From an uncultured Chloroflexia bacterium (GTDB lineage Bacteria > Chloroflexota > Dormibacteria > Aeolococcales > Aeolococcaceae), in the NCBI GenBank assembly GCA_963793875.1, contig CAWCBS010000014.1:21106-85105 (forward strand): a DNA stretch of 64,000 nucleotides. The letters run 5' to 3'. The notes beneath the pieces are model-generated. The model had not been told where the DNA came from. It worked only from the letters and a program-made list of their open reading frames with translations, and ran no database searches. Shown here piece by piece: positions 55,610 to 64,000 of the stretch (the first letter of the stretch is position 1; each line of letters begins with the position of its first letter). The position numbers were made by a program, and so were the translations under genes.

Positions 55610-56484
55610 GCGGCGGGCCCTTCCGGCTCGCGACCCGCGGCAGCCGCCTGGCCCTGGCCCAGGCCGCCCTGGCGGCGGATGCGCTGCGTGCCGCCGGGGT
55701 CGCGGCGGCCCTCGAGACCGTCGTGGTCAGAACCCAGGGGGATAGGCAGGCTGCCACCCCGGTCACCCGGCTGGTGGGGGAGGGTTGGTTCAGCGCCGCC
55801 CTGGAGCGGGAGCTCGTCGAGGGGCGGGCCGACGCGGCCGTCCACAGCGCCAAGGACCTGCCCAGCCGGCTCGGCGCCGGGCTGGCCCTGGCCGCGTTCC
55901 TGGAGCGGGGCGACTGCCGCGACGGCCTGGTGACCGGAGACGGGAGCGGGCTGGCGGGGCTCCCGCGCGGCGCCGCGGTGGGCACCAGCAGCGCGCGCCG
56001 CACCGCCTTCCTGCGGTTGCTCCGCCCGGACCTGGTCGCGGTGCCGATCCGCGGCAACGTCGACACCCGGCTCCGCAAACTCGAGGCCGGCGAGGTCGCC
56101 GGGCTCCTGATCGCCTGCGCCGGGCTCGATCGCATCGGGGCGTCCGACCGGCTCAGCGAGCGGCTCGACCCGCGCCTCTTCGTGCCCGCCCCCTGCCAGG
56201 GCGCGATCGCCATCGAGGCGGTGGCGGGCAGCCCGGCGGAGGCCGCCTGCGCTCCGGCGGACCACCGGGAGACCCGGGCCGCGGCCGTCGCCGAGCGCGC
56301 CGTGCTCGCCGCCCTGGGGGGCGGCTGCCTGTTGCCGCTCGGCGCCTGGGCCCGGGTGGAGGAGGGGCGCCTGGTCCTCAGCGCCGCCCTCGACACCGGC
56401 GGCGAGGTGCGCCGGGCCGAGCTGGGCGGCGACGTCGGCAACCCGGAGGAGCTGGGGGCCCGGGTGGCGGCGAGGCTGCGATGA
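55606..56484 (+). CDS. hemC: hydroxymethylbilane synthase (porphobilinogen deaminase)
   Basis: LATRGSRLALAQA, VHSAKDLP, GTSSARR, IRGNVDTRL and GGCLLPLGA. Confidence 0.9.
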   Translation: MSGGPFRLATRGSRLALAQAALAADALRAAGVAAALETVVVRTQGDRQAATPVTRLVGEGWFSAALERELVEGRADAAVHSAKDLPSRLGAGLALAAFLERGDCRDGLVTGDGSGLAGLPRGAAVGTSSARRTAFLRLLRPDLVAVPIRGNVDTRLRKLEAGEVAGLLIACAGLDRIGASDRLSERLDPRLFVPAPCQGAIAIEAVAGSPAEAACAPADHRETRAAAVAERAVLAALGGGCLLPLGAWARVEEGRLVLSAALDTGGEVRRAELGGDVGNPEELGARVAARLR

Positions 56485-57248
56485 GCCCGCCGGTGGCGCG
56501 GCCGCTCGCCGGCCGCCGGGTCATGGTCACCCGGGCCCCGGCCCAGGCGGCCGCGCTGAACCAGGAGCTGCGTCAGCTCGGGGCGGCGGTGGTCGAGGTC
56601 CCCGCCATCGCCATCGAGCCCGTCGGTTCGCCCGACGAGCTGCGCCGCGCCGCGCGCCGGCTCCAGACCCGCCGCCCGCCGCGCTGGCTGGCCGTGACCA
56701 GCGCCAACGCGGTGGACCGGCTCCGTGAGCTCGGCCTCCCCGAGGACCTCGCCGGCGTGCGGGCGGCGGCGGTGGGGGAGGGGACCGCCCGCGCCCTGCG
56801 CGACATCGGCATCAACGTCGAACTGGTGGCGCCGGGGACCGGGGCGGCCGCCCTCGCCGATGGTCTGGTCGCCGCCGGGGCCGGGGACGGCGCGGTCTGG
56901 CTCCCCCAGGCGGAAACCGCCCTGAGCGAGCTGGGCGAGCGCCTGCGCAAGGCCGGCGCGGAGGTCACCGTGACCGTTTGCTACCGGACCGTCCCGGTCC
57001 CCGGACTGCGCGGCCTGCTGTTCGCGGCCCGGGCCGGCGGGATCGATGCGGTCACCCTGCTAAGCCCGAGCGCTGCCGAGGCGGTGATCGCGGCGGTGGG
57101 CGCCGCGTGGCTGGACGGGATCAGCGTGGTCTGCGTGGGCGGCACCACCGCCACTGCGGTGCGTCGTCACGGGATCCTGCCGGTGGTGGCGGCGCGGGGA
57201 GATGCGGCGGGCGTGGCGGCGGCGGTGGCGGGTGCGCTGCGCAGGTGA
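56481..57248 (+). CDS. hemD: uroporphyrinogen-III synthase
   Basis: LAGRRVMVTRA..WLAVTSANAV..VGEGTA..LLSPSAA is the HEM4 pattern. ATG 56481 overlaps the hemC stop. Confidence 0.85.
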   Translation: MSPPVARPLAGRRVMVTRAPAQAAALNQELRQLGAAVVEVPAIAIEPVGSPDELRRAARRLQTRRPPRWLAVTSANAVDRLRELGLPEDLAGVRAAAVGEGTARALRDIGINVELVAPGTGAAALADGLVAAGAGDGAVWLPQAETALSELGERLRKAGAEVTVTVCYRTVPVPGLRGLLFAARAGGIDAVTLLSPSAAEAVIAAVGAAWLDGISVVCVGGTTATAVRRHGILPVVAARGDAAGVAAAVAGALRR

Positions 57249-57264
57249 GTAACCTGGGACGGCC

Positions 57265-58248
57265 ATGCCCTTTCCCGCCGAACGCCCCCGCAGGCTGCGC
57301 CGCACACCGGCGCTGCGCCGGCTCGCCGCCGAGACCCGGCTGAGCCCGGCCGACCTGGTCCACCCCCTCTTCCTCCGCGAGGGTGTGGACGCCCCGGTCT
57401 CCATCGCCAGCCTGCCCGGGCATCGACAGGAGACGGTCGACAGCGCGGCCGGCGTGGTCGCGGGCGCTCTCCAGGTCGGAGTGAGCGCCGTGCTCCTCTT
57501 CGGTGTCCCGGCGCGCAAGGACGCGGTCGGCTCCGAGGCCTGGAACGACGAGGGGATCGTGCAGACGGCGATCCGTTCCCTGCGCGGGCAGTTCGGCGCC
57601 GACTGCGTCCTGATCGCCGACTGCTGCCTGGACGAGTACACCGACCACGGCCACTGCGGGGTGCTGCGCGAGGACGGCTCGGTGGACAACGACGCCACCC
57701 TCGAGCTCTACGCGCGGGCGGCTGTCTCCCAGGCGCGGGCGGGGGCGGACGTGATCGCCCCCAGCGGCATGATGGACGGCCAGGTCGGCGCGATCCGGAC
57801 CGCCCTGGACGGCGCCGGCTTCGCCGAGACCGCCATCCTCGCCTACAGCGCCAAGTACGCATCGGTCATGTACGGGCCCTTCCGCGACGCGGCCGACTGC
57901 GCGCCGCGCAGCGGGGACCGGCGCGGCTACCAGATGGATCCGGCCAACAGCAACGAGGCCGTCCGCGAGGTGGCCCTCGACGTCGCCGAGGGCGCCGACA
58001 TGGTCATGGTCAAGCCGGCGCTCACCTACCTCGACGTGATCCGGCGGGTGCGCGCGGCCGTCGACGTGCCCGTCGCCGCCTACAACGTGAGCGGCGAGTA
58101 CGCGATGATCGCCCACGCCGCCCGCGCCGGTGCCTTCGACGAGCGGGCCGCGGCCCTCGAGATCCTGACCGCCATCCGTCGGGCCGGCGCCGACATCATC
58201 ATCAGCTACCACGCGCTCCAGGCAGCGCGCTGGCTTCGCGAGGAGTGA
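57265..58248 (+). CDS. hemB: porphobilinogen synthase (delta-aminolevulinate dehydratase)
   Basis: RPRRLRRTPALRRL, PLFLREG, CLDEYTDHGHCG, IAPSGMMDG, active-site Lys in VMVKPA, and YNVSGEYAM. Confidence 0.95.
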   Translation: MPFPAERPRRLRRTPALRRLAAETRLSPADLVHPLFLREGVDAPVSIASLPGHRQETVDSAAGVVAGALQVGVSAVLLFGVPARKDAVGSEAWNDEGIVQTAIRSLRGQFGADCVLIADCCLDEYTDHGHCGVLREDGSVDNDATLELYARAAVSQARAGADVIAPSGMMDGQVGAIRTALDGAGFAETAILAYSAKYASVMYGPFRDAADCAPRSGDRRGYQMDPANSNEAVREVALDVAEGADMVMVKPALTYLDVIRRVRAAVDVPVAAYNVSGEYAMIAHAARAGAFDERAAALEILTAIRRAGADIIISYHALQAARWLREE

Positions 58249-59051
58249 CCCAGACCAGGATGAAGCCCCCCACCAGCCCACGCCGACTCCCCTTCGTGAT
58301 CGCCGCGACCGTGGTCCTGGTGGTGGCGGCCGTCGCCGCCGCGGTGGCGCTCGACCAGGCCGACAGTCCCCGGCCGGTCGGCGCGGTGCCGCCGACGCCG
58401 ACCCCGACCGCCACGCCGACGCCGACCGCGACGCCGTCGCCTACCCCGACGCCGACGATCATCCCCTACGCCGACTGCGCGTCGGCCACCTTCGGTTCCC
58501 CGCTGGGTACGCTCAACGCGCCCTCGGACGTCCACGTCTACTCGGCGGTGCCGGCGATGACCATCGACCAGAGCAAGCTCTACGAGGCGACCATCGAGAC
58601 GAGCAAGGGCAACATCGTCATCTGCCTCCAGCCCGACCTGGCCCCGGTGACCGTCAACAACTTCGTGACCCTGGTCCGCAACGGCTTCTACAACGGCATC
58701 CCCTTCGCCCGGGTGGTCTCCGGCTTCGTCATCCAGGGCGGCGACCCGACCTGCATCGGCAACGTTCCGTCGGCTCCGGCCAGCCCGACCGGGAGCTGCG
58801 GCTCCGGCGGGCCCGGCTACAGCTTCGACGACGAGCCCGTCCACGAGACGTACGTCGCGGGCGCCGTGGCCATGGCCAACAGCGGGCCCAACACCAACGG
58901 CTCCCAGTTCTTCATCTGCATCGCCGACGACACCGGCAGCCTGGCCCTCAGCTACAACCTCTTCGGGCAGGTGGTCAGCGGCCTCAGCGTGGCCCAGTCG
59001 ATCGCCCAGGGTGACGTCATGCAGAAGGTCACCGTCACCGAGCAGACGTGA
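58245..59051 (+). CDS. membrane-anchored cyclophilin-type peptidyl-prolyl isomerase with a TP-rich linker
   Basis: A TM segment (FVIAATVVLVVAAVAAAVA), a PTPTPTATPTPTATPSPTPTPT linker, then FYNGIPFARVVSGFVIQGGDP..MANSGPNTNGSQFFI. Confidence 0.9.
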   Translation: MTQTRMKPPTSPRRLPFVIAATVVLVVAAVAAAVALDQADSPRPVGAVPPTPTPTATPTPTATPSPTPTPTIIPYADCASATFGSPLGTLNAPSDVHVYSAVPAMTIDQSKLYEATIETSKGNIVICLQPDLAPVTVNNFVTLVRNGFYNGIPFARVVSGFVIQGGDPTCIGNVPSAPASPTGSCGSGGPGYSFDDEPVHETYVAGAVAMANSGPNTNGSQFFICIADDTGSLALSYNLFGQVVSGLSVAQSIAQGDVMQKVTVTEQT

Positions 59052-60343
59052 GCGCGGGCTCGGCACGCCTCCGCGAACGCGCGGTCCGGGTGATGCCGGG
59101 AGGGGTCTCCAGCCCGGTGCGGGCTTATGCCGCGGTGGGCGGTGAGCCCCCGGTCATCGCGGCCGCGGAGGGGGCCCACCTGGTGGACGCCGACGGCTCC
59201 CGGTACGTCGACTTCGTGCTCGCCTACGGACCCCTGATCCTCGGCCACGGCCACCCGGCGGTGGTGGAGGCGCTGCGCGCCCAATTGGGCCGAGGAGTCG
59301 CCTACGGCCACACCGCCGAGCCGGAAGTGGAACTGGCCGAGCGAATCTGCGCGGCCCTTCCCAGCGTGGAGATGGTCCGCTTCGTCAACTCCGGGACCGA
59401 GGCCACCATGTCGGCGCTGCGACTGGCCCGGGCGGCGACCGGCCGGGACATGGTGGTCAAGTTCGCGGGCGCCTACCACGGCCACGCTGACGCCCTGCTG
59501 GCCGCCGCCGGGAGCGGGGTGGCGACCCTCGGGCTCCCTGGGTCCTCGGGGGTCCCGGTAGGCGCCGTCGCCGACACCCTGGTGCTCGCCTACAACTCCG
59601 TGGAGGCCGTCGCCGAGGCGTTCGCGGTCCACGCCGGGCAGATCGCCGCCGTGATCGTGGAGCCGGTGGCCGGCAACATGGGCTGCGTCCCACCGCTCCC
59701 CGGCTACCTCGAGGAGCTGCGGCGGCTGACCCGCGAGGACGGCGCCCTGCTCGTCTTCGACGAGGTGATGACCGGCTTCCGGGTGGCTTACGGAGGGGCC
59801 CAGGGGCTCTACGGCATCGGGCCCGACCTGACCTGCCTCGGGAAGGTGATCGGCGGCGGACTCCCGGTCGGCGCCTACGGAGGGCGGCGCGACCTGATGG
59901 AGCGGGTGGCGCCCCTCGGCCCCGTCTATCAGGCCGGGACCCTCTCCGGCAACCCGCTCGCCATGGCGGCGGGGGTCGCGACCCTCGACGTGCTGCGCGA
60001 CGGCGACGCGTACGCCCGGCTCGAGACCCTCGCCGGCCGGCTCGGCGACGGGCTGCGCACCGCCGCGGTGGCCGCCTCGATCCCCTGCGCCGTCAATCGG
60101 GTGGGCAGCATGCTCACCGCCTTCGTCGGGGTGGATCGGGTGGACGACTACGCGGACGCCCGGGGCTGCGACCTGGAGGCGTTCGCGCGCCTCCACCGGC
60201 GCTGGCGGGAGGGCGGGGTGCTCTGGCCGCCGTCCCAGTTCGAGACGGCCTTCCTGAGCACCGCCCATCAGGCCGCCGACGTCGACCGGGCGGTCTCGCT
60301 CTTCGCCGGGACGCTCCGCGGTGCCGGCCCGGAGGAATGCTGA
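59048..60343 (+). CDS. hemL: glutamate-1-semialdehyde 2,1-aminomutase
   Basis: MPGGVSSPVRA, VNSGTEATM, FDEVMTGFRV, and the PLP Lys in LGKVIGGGLPVGAYGG. Confidence 0.95.
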   Translation: MSAGSARLRERAVRVMPGGVSSPVRAYAAVGGEPPVIAAAEGAHLVDADGSRYVDFVLAYGPLILGHGHPAVVEALRAQLGRGVAYGHTAEPEVELAERICAALPSVEMVRFVNSGTEATMSALRLARAATGRDMVVKFAGAYHGHADALLAAAGSGVATLGLPGSSGVPVGAVADTLVLAYNSVEAVAEAFAVHAGQIAAVIVEPVAGNMGCVPPLPGYLEELRRLTREDGALLVFDEVMTGFRVAYGGAQGLYGIGPDLTCLGKVIGGGLPVGAYGGRRDLMERVAPLGPVYQAGTLSGNPLAMAAGVATLDVLRDGDAYARLETLAGRLGDGLRTAAVAASIPCAVNRVGSMLTAFVGVDRVDDYADARGCDLEAFARLHRRWREGGVLWPPSQFETAFLSTAHQAADVDRAVSLFAGTLRGAGPEEC

Positions 60344-60447
60344 TGGGCCGTCTGGGCCCTCATCGCATGGGCCGATTGGCCCTGGTGTTAGACTGACTGA
60401 AGTCGGGGTTGCTTCCTCACCCCGGCCGCACGACGGAGCACCCGGCC

Positions 60448-60702
60448 ATGGAACGTCTCTGGTACCTCATCCCTCTGGTCCTCCTCATCGTCCTGATCTT
60501 CGGGGGGGCGACCAAGCTGCCCGAGATCGGCGCGGGGATGGGCCGGGCCATCCGTGAGTTCCGCAGCGCGATGTCGGGCGGTCCCGATCCCAACGCTGCC
60601 GGCCCGACGCCGCCGGCGGGCAGCCCAATGGGCGGCTACGACGGCACCCGGCAGTGGGCGCCCGTGCCCGAGACCCGGCCGGACGAGACGCTCCGGGGCT
60701 GA
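60448..60702 (+). CDS. tatA: twin-arginine translocase subunit TatA/E
   Basis: A TM followed by [22 protein letters not shown], the canonical TatA hinge and amphipathic helix. Confidence 0.85.
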   Translation: MERLWYLIPLVLLIVLIFGGATKLPEIGAGMGRAIREFRSAMSGGPDPNAAGPTPPAGSPMGGYDGTRQWAPVPETRPDETLRG

Positions 60703-60775
60703 GCCCAGCCGCTGACGATGGTGCCCGCGCCGCCCCGCCGTCGGGGTGATCGGCGCGAGATGAGAGGGGCCTGAG

Positions 60776-61558
60776 ATGGCACTCGGGATCCTGCGCCGGG
60801 GCAGGGGTCGGATGACGCGCGAGCGCGTCGACGACGAGCGCCGGATGACGGTCGTCGAGCACCTTCACGACCTGCGCCGCGTCGTCATCGTCTCGCTGGT
60901 CGCCTGGCTGGTGGCCACCATCGTGGCCGCCGTCTTCAGCCACCTCCTGCTCAGCGTTCTGGAGTACCCGCTGACCAGCATCCTCGCCAAGCACAACCAC
61001 CTCATCTCGAGGCCGATCATCACCAGCCCCACCGAGCTGGTGACCATCCCCATCCAGGTGGCCGTGGTGGGAGGCCTGGTGCTCTCCCTCCCCATCCTCC
61101 TCTGGCAGGGGTGGACGTTCGTCGCGCCCGGTCTGCGCCGGACGGAGCGCCGCTTCGCGCTCCCCGTCATCCTCTCGGGGCTTCTCCTCTTCGCCGCCGG
61201 CGCTTGTCTCGCCTACTTCCTGATGCCGCTCTGGCTCAACCTGCTCACCGCCATCGTCGGCAACAACGCGATCTTCTTCCCCGACCTCGACCAGTACCTC
61301 TCGTTCCTCACCCTGCTCATCGTCGCCTTCGGGGTGACCTTCGAGCTGCCGGTGGTGATCGTCCTGCTCGGGCTGCTGGGGGTGGTCTCCTCGGCCTGGC
61401 TTCGGCGGCGCCGGCGGATGGTCTGGCTCGCCGTCGTGGTCGGCGCCGAGCTGGTCACGCCCGGTGTTGACCCGGTCACACCGCTGTTCCTTGCCATCCC
61501 CCTGATCGGGCTGTTCGAGCTCTCCGTGCTCATCCTGGCCAGGCCGCTCCGGCGCTGA
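60776..61558 (+). CDS. tatC: twin-arginine translocase subunit TatC
   Basis: [23 protein letters not shown].. with six TM, the typical TatC pattern. Confidence 0.9.
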   Translation: MALGILRRGRGRMTRERVDDERRMTVVEHLHDLRRVVIVSLVAWLVATIVAAVFSHLLLSVLEYPLTSILAKHNHLISRPIITSPTELVTIPIQVAVVGGLVLSLPILLWQGWTFVAPGLRRTERRFALPVILSGLLLFAAGACLAYFLMPLWLNLLTAIVGNNAIFFPDLDQYLSFLTLLIVAFGVTFELPVVIVLLGLLGVVSSAWLRRRRRMVWLAVVVGAELVTPGVDPVTPLFLAIPLIGLFELSVLILARPLRR

Positions 61559-61580
61559 ACTCCCGTACACTGCCCCGGCC

Positions 61581-62312
61581 ATGCGTCCCGACGGCCGCGC
61601 CCCCGACGAGCTTCGCCCCACCGTGATGGAGGTCGGCGTGCTTCCCTATCCGGAGGGCAGCTGCATGATCTCCACCGGTCAGACCAAGGTGCTCTGCGCC
61701 GCCACCGTGGAGGAGCGGGTGCCCCCCTTCCGCAAGGGCAGCGGTCTGGGTTGGGTGACGGCCGAGTACGCCATGCTGCCGCGCAGCACGCAGACCCGCA
61801 CCGAGCGCGACGGGCGCAAGGGGCGCATCGACGGCAGGTCCCAGGAGATCCAGCGCCTGATCGGCCGGAGCCTCCGGGCCGCGGTGGACTTCTCGGCTCT
61901 CGGTGAGCGCTCGATCCTCATCGACTGCGACGTCATCGTGGCCGACGGGGGCACCCGCACCGCGGCGATCACCGGCGGCTACGTCGCGCTGGCGCTCGCG
62001 GTCCAGGCCCTGCGCGATGCCCGGGCGGTGGGTCCCGGGGTGCTCCGCCAACCGGTGGCGGCGGTCTCGGCCGGCATCGTGGGCGGCGAGCCACGCCTCG
62101 ACCTCTGCTATCTGGAGGACTCCGCCGCCGGCACCGACCTGAACTGCGTCGGCGCCGCCGACGGGCGGTTCATCGAGATCCAGGGCACCGCCGAGGGGGC
62201 GCCCTTCAGCCGCGACGAGCTGGACCGGCTGCTGGAGCTCTCCGGTGCCGGCCTCCGCCGGCTCTTCGCCGCCCAGGCACAGGCGCTGGGGATCGCGGCC
62301 CCGCCCCAGTGA
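61581..62312 (+). CDS. rph: ribonuclease PH
   Basis: [46 protein letters not shown]. Confidence 0.95.
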   Translation: MRPDGRAPDELRPTVMEVGVLPYPEGSCMISTGQTKVLCAATVEERVPPFRKGSGLGWVTAEYAMLPRSTQTRTERDGRKGRIDGRSQEIQRLIGRSLRAAVDFSALGERSILIDCDVIVADGGTRTAAITGGYVALALAVQALRDARAVGPGVLRQPVAAVSAGIVGGEPRLDLCYLEDSAAGTDLNCVGAADGRFIEIQGTAEGAPFSRDELDRLLELSGAGLRRLFAAQAQALGIAAPPQ

Positions 62313-62899
62313 GGGTGGCGGTCGCCAGCCGCAACCCCGGCAAGCTGGCCGAGCTGGGGCGGCTGCTCGACGGGCACCCCTGGGAGCTGGTGGGTCTCGA
62401 CGCCGCCGGGTTCGCGGGCGAGCTCGAGGAGCCCCATGACACCTATGAGGAGAACGCGGCCGCCAAGGCCCTGGCGGTGTGCGCCGCCACCGGGCTGGCG
62501 TCGCTGGCCGACAACTCGGGGATCGAGGTGCCCGGGCTGGACGGCTGGCCCGGTTCGGCGTCGGCGCGCTGGATGGGGCCCGAAGCCGATGACGTCGACC
62601 GGCTCCGGGGCCTGCTCGCCGAGGTGGAGCGGCGCTGCCCGGGTGATCGCCGGGCCCGCTACGTCTGCGTGGTGACCCTCGCCCGCCCGGCGATGCCGGC
62701 GCTCTCGGCGCGCGGTGAGACCACCGGGGTCCTGGTGCCCCCGCGCGGCTCCGCCGGCTTCGGCTACGACCCGTGCTTCCTCAGCGACGACCTCGGGATC
62801 ACCTTCGGTGAGGCGACCGCCGCGGCCAAGGACGGGGTGAGCCACCGCGCCCGGGCCCTGGCGGCGCTGCTCGCGAGGCTGGACGGGGAGCGAGGCTAG
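62309..62899 (+). CDS. rdgB: non-canonical purine NTP pyrophosphatase (RdgB/HAM1)
   Basis: [28 protein letters not shown] and SHRARAL. The classic rph-rdgB pairing, with a 4-bp overlap. Confidence 0.9.
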   Translation: MRVAVASRNPGKLAELGRLLDGHPWELVGLDAAGFAGELEEPHDTYEENAAAKALAVCAATGLASLADNSGIEVPGLDGWPGSASARWMGPEADDVDRLRGLLAEVERRCPGDRRARYVCVVTLARPAMPALSARGETTGVLVPPRGSAGFGYDPCFLSDDLGITFGEATAAAKDGVSHRARALAALLARLDGERG

Positions 62900-63008
62900 G
62901 AGACTGCTGAGCAAGCCCGTTTGACAGCCGGCTTCGAGGACGAGCCCGGAGCGCTGGGGTGGGTGGACTGGGTGGGGGGCTTGCTGAAGGGCCCGAGGGA
63001 GGTGGGCC

Positions 63009-64000
63009 TCAGGCCACCGCCCACCCTCTCTCGGTGCGGGATAGACCCAGGTTGAGCAATCGCTGGAGGTTGACCGCCGCCGCCCGGTGGCTCCACCAGA
63101 TGCGGTTGCGGGCGACGCCTCTGTAGGCGACCCGCCGGTGCCCGCGCCGCACCAGCCAGCTCAGGGTCCGCTCCACCATCGGCCGCTCATGGCGGTAGAC
63201 GGCCTGGAACTCGGGGGTCTCGGCCTGCTTGCGGGCAGCCGCGAGCAGGGCGTGGTGGGGGTGGACCGTCAGTTTCTTGCCGTCGAGGGCGGTGGTGCAG
63301 CGGCCCCGCAACGGACAGCCGCGGCAGCGCGGCCCGAAGGTCACAGAGCCAGTGCGGCTGACGGTGGCGATCTTGCCCGCGGGACAGGTGACGATCCGAG
63401 CCCTGAGGTCGATCACGAAATCGTCGACGGTGAAGCCGCCCGGAACCGCGCTCAGCAGCGGGGGTGGCTTGATGATCGCCTGACTGCCGCGCGCCGCCAG
63501 CACCGCCCGGAAGGCTCCGGCGCTGTAACCCGAGTCGCCCAGCACGTCGACCGCCTCCTCCTGCAGCAGCAGCCCCGGGGCGGCCTGGGCGTCGCCCACG
63601 TCGCCGGCGGTCAGCTCGCAGGCGGTGACCAGCCCGGTCTCCGGCTCGACGGCGATGTGCCCTTTGAAGCCATCCCGGTAGGCGTGGACGGTCTTGTGCA
63701 CGTGCCGCGATTCGGGATCGTGCACCGAGACGATGCGGTCGGGAGCGGTGCGCCGGGCGATGCGCCAGGTGCCTTCGCCGTCGCCGGGCTCCACATCCTG
63801 ACCGGCCACCAGCGCCAGCAGCCCCATCGCGTCGGCCTGGTCGGGCTCCAGGTTCCGGCCGGCCACGGCATCCAGGACGGCATGGGCATCGGTGATCACC
63901 GCGGTGACCACCCGCTCGATGTCAGCCGGGTCGTTCCAGGCGCAGATCGGTTTGCGGGCGGCGCCGTCGTAGTCGTGGCCGGTCAGCTCCAGCGCACGGG
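63009..64000 (-). CDS. IS1182-like (IS4/IS5 superfamily) DDE transposase, C-terminal ~330 codons; continues past the right edge
   Basis: HKTVHAYRDGFKGHIAVEPETGLVTACELTAGDVGD..LGDSGY..CPLRGRCT..YRHERPMVERTLSWL..RGVARN. The reverse frame stays open upstream of the track start, through base 64000 (..RALELTGHDYDGAARKPICAWNDPADIERVV). Confidence 0.8.
   Translation of the reverse strand, partial: RALELTGHDYDGAARKPICAWNDPADIERVVTAVITDAHAVLDAVAGRNLEPDQADAMGLLALVAGQDVEPGDGEGTWRIARRTAPDRIVSVHDPESRHVHKTVHAYRDGFKGHIAVEPETGLVTACELTAGDVGDAQAAPGLLLQEEAVDVLGDSGYSAGAFRAVLAARGSQAIIKPPPLLSAVPGGFTVDDFVIDLRARIVTCPAGKIATVSRTGSVTFGPRCRGCPLRGRCTTALDGKKLTVHPHHALLAAARKQAETPEFQAVYRHERPMVERTLSWLVRRGHRRVAYRGVARNRIWWSHRAAAVNLQRLLNLGLSRTERGWAVA

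Noticed and set aside
58380-58450. Short periodic ACGCCGACCCCGACC-type repeats (also 42040-42125 and 12170-12340), considered as a CRISPR array, VNTR or other non-coding repeat.
   Set aside because: The period is 6 nt. The repeats lie inside ORFs and translate to (TP)n/(SP)n linkers. There is no spacer/repeat architecture.
62905-63008. The inverted pair GAGCAAGCCC / GGGCTTGCTG (about 62910-62988), considered as the terminal inverted repeat or end of the IS1182-like element.
   Set aside because: The other end of the element lies beyond the window, so the IS boundary cannot be established. The pair may be a simple hairpin.

Overview
This is a high-GC bacterial chromosomal segment. It looks Actinomycetota-like or from a related Terrabacteria lineage, judging by a DinB/mycothiol-type protein, PTPT linkers and many 4-bp start/stop overlaps. 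All calls rest on reading the translations and the DNA by eye; no searches were run.

Most of the window is housekeeping:
- A TetR plus ABC-2 exporter operon and a MacB-like ABC pair.
- folE, a class A PBP, and an NfeD/SPFH pair followed by rarA.
- A DUF929 plus DsbB-like pair.
- An aminoaldehyde/GABA catabolic cluster: ALDH, gabT, APC permease and gabD, next to a divergent saccharopine-dehydrogenase-like gene.
- A MurL-like/MurD-like/polyprenyl synthase operon.
- hemA-hemC-hemD-hemB-cyclophilin-hemL, then tatA, tatC, rph and rdgB.
- Three tRNAs: Gly-GCC, Cys-GCA and Leu-UAA.

The accessory part is a lower-GC stretch at about 22-27.2 kb. It holds yefM-yoeB, then a 3.7-kb island bracketed by a 48-bp direct repeat of the 3' half of tRNA-Gly. 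The island carries vapBC and a GHKL-type ATPase gene that is split by an IS5-family element (TTA target duplication) and also carries two frameshifts. I saw no integrase.

Other notable observations:
- An in-frame TAG lies exactly between an HD-GYP domain and a LuxR HTH that otherwise read as one protein.
- A near-perfect 281-bp tandem duplication spans the SPFH/rarA junction.
- There is a decayed aldo/keto reductase remnant.
- tRNA-Leu has C at position 33.
- A partial IS1182-like transposase sits at the right edge.

I found no CRISPR array, no rRNA, and no convincingly novel multi-gene system. The most system-like candidates are flagged as hypotheses only. Many very long ORFs in the track are antisense artefacts of high GC and are not reported.
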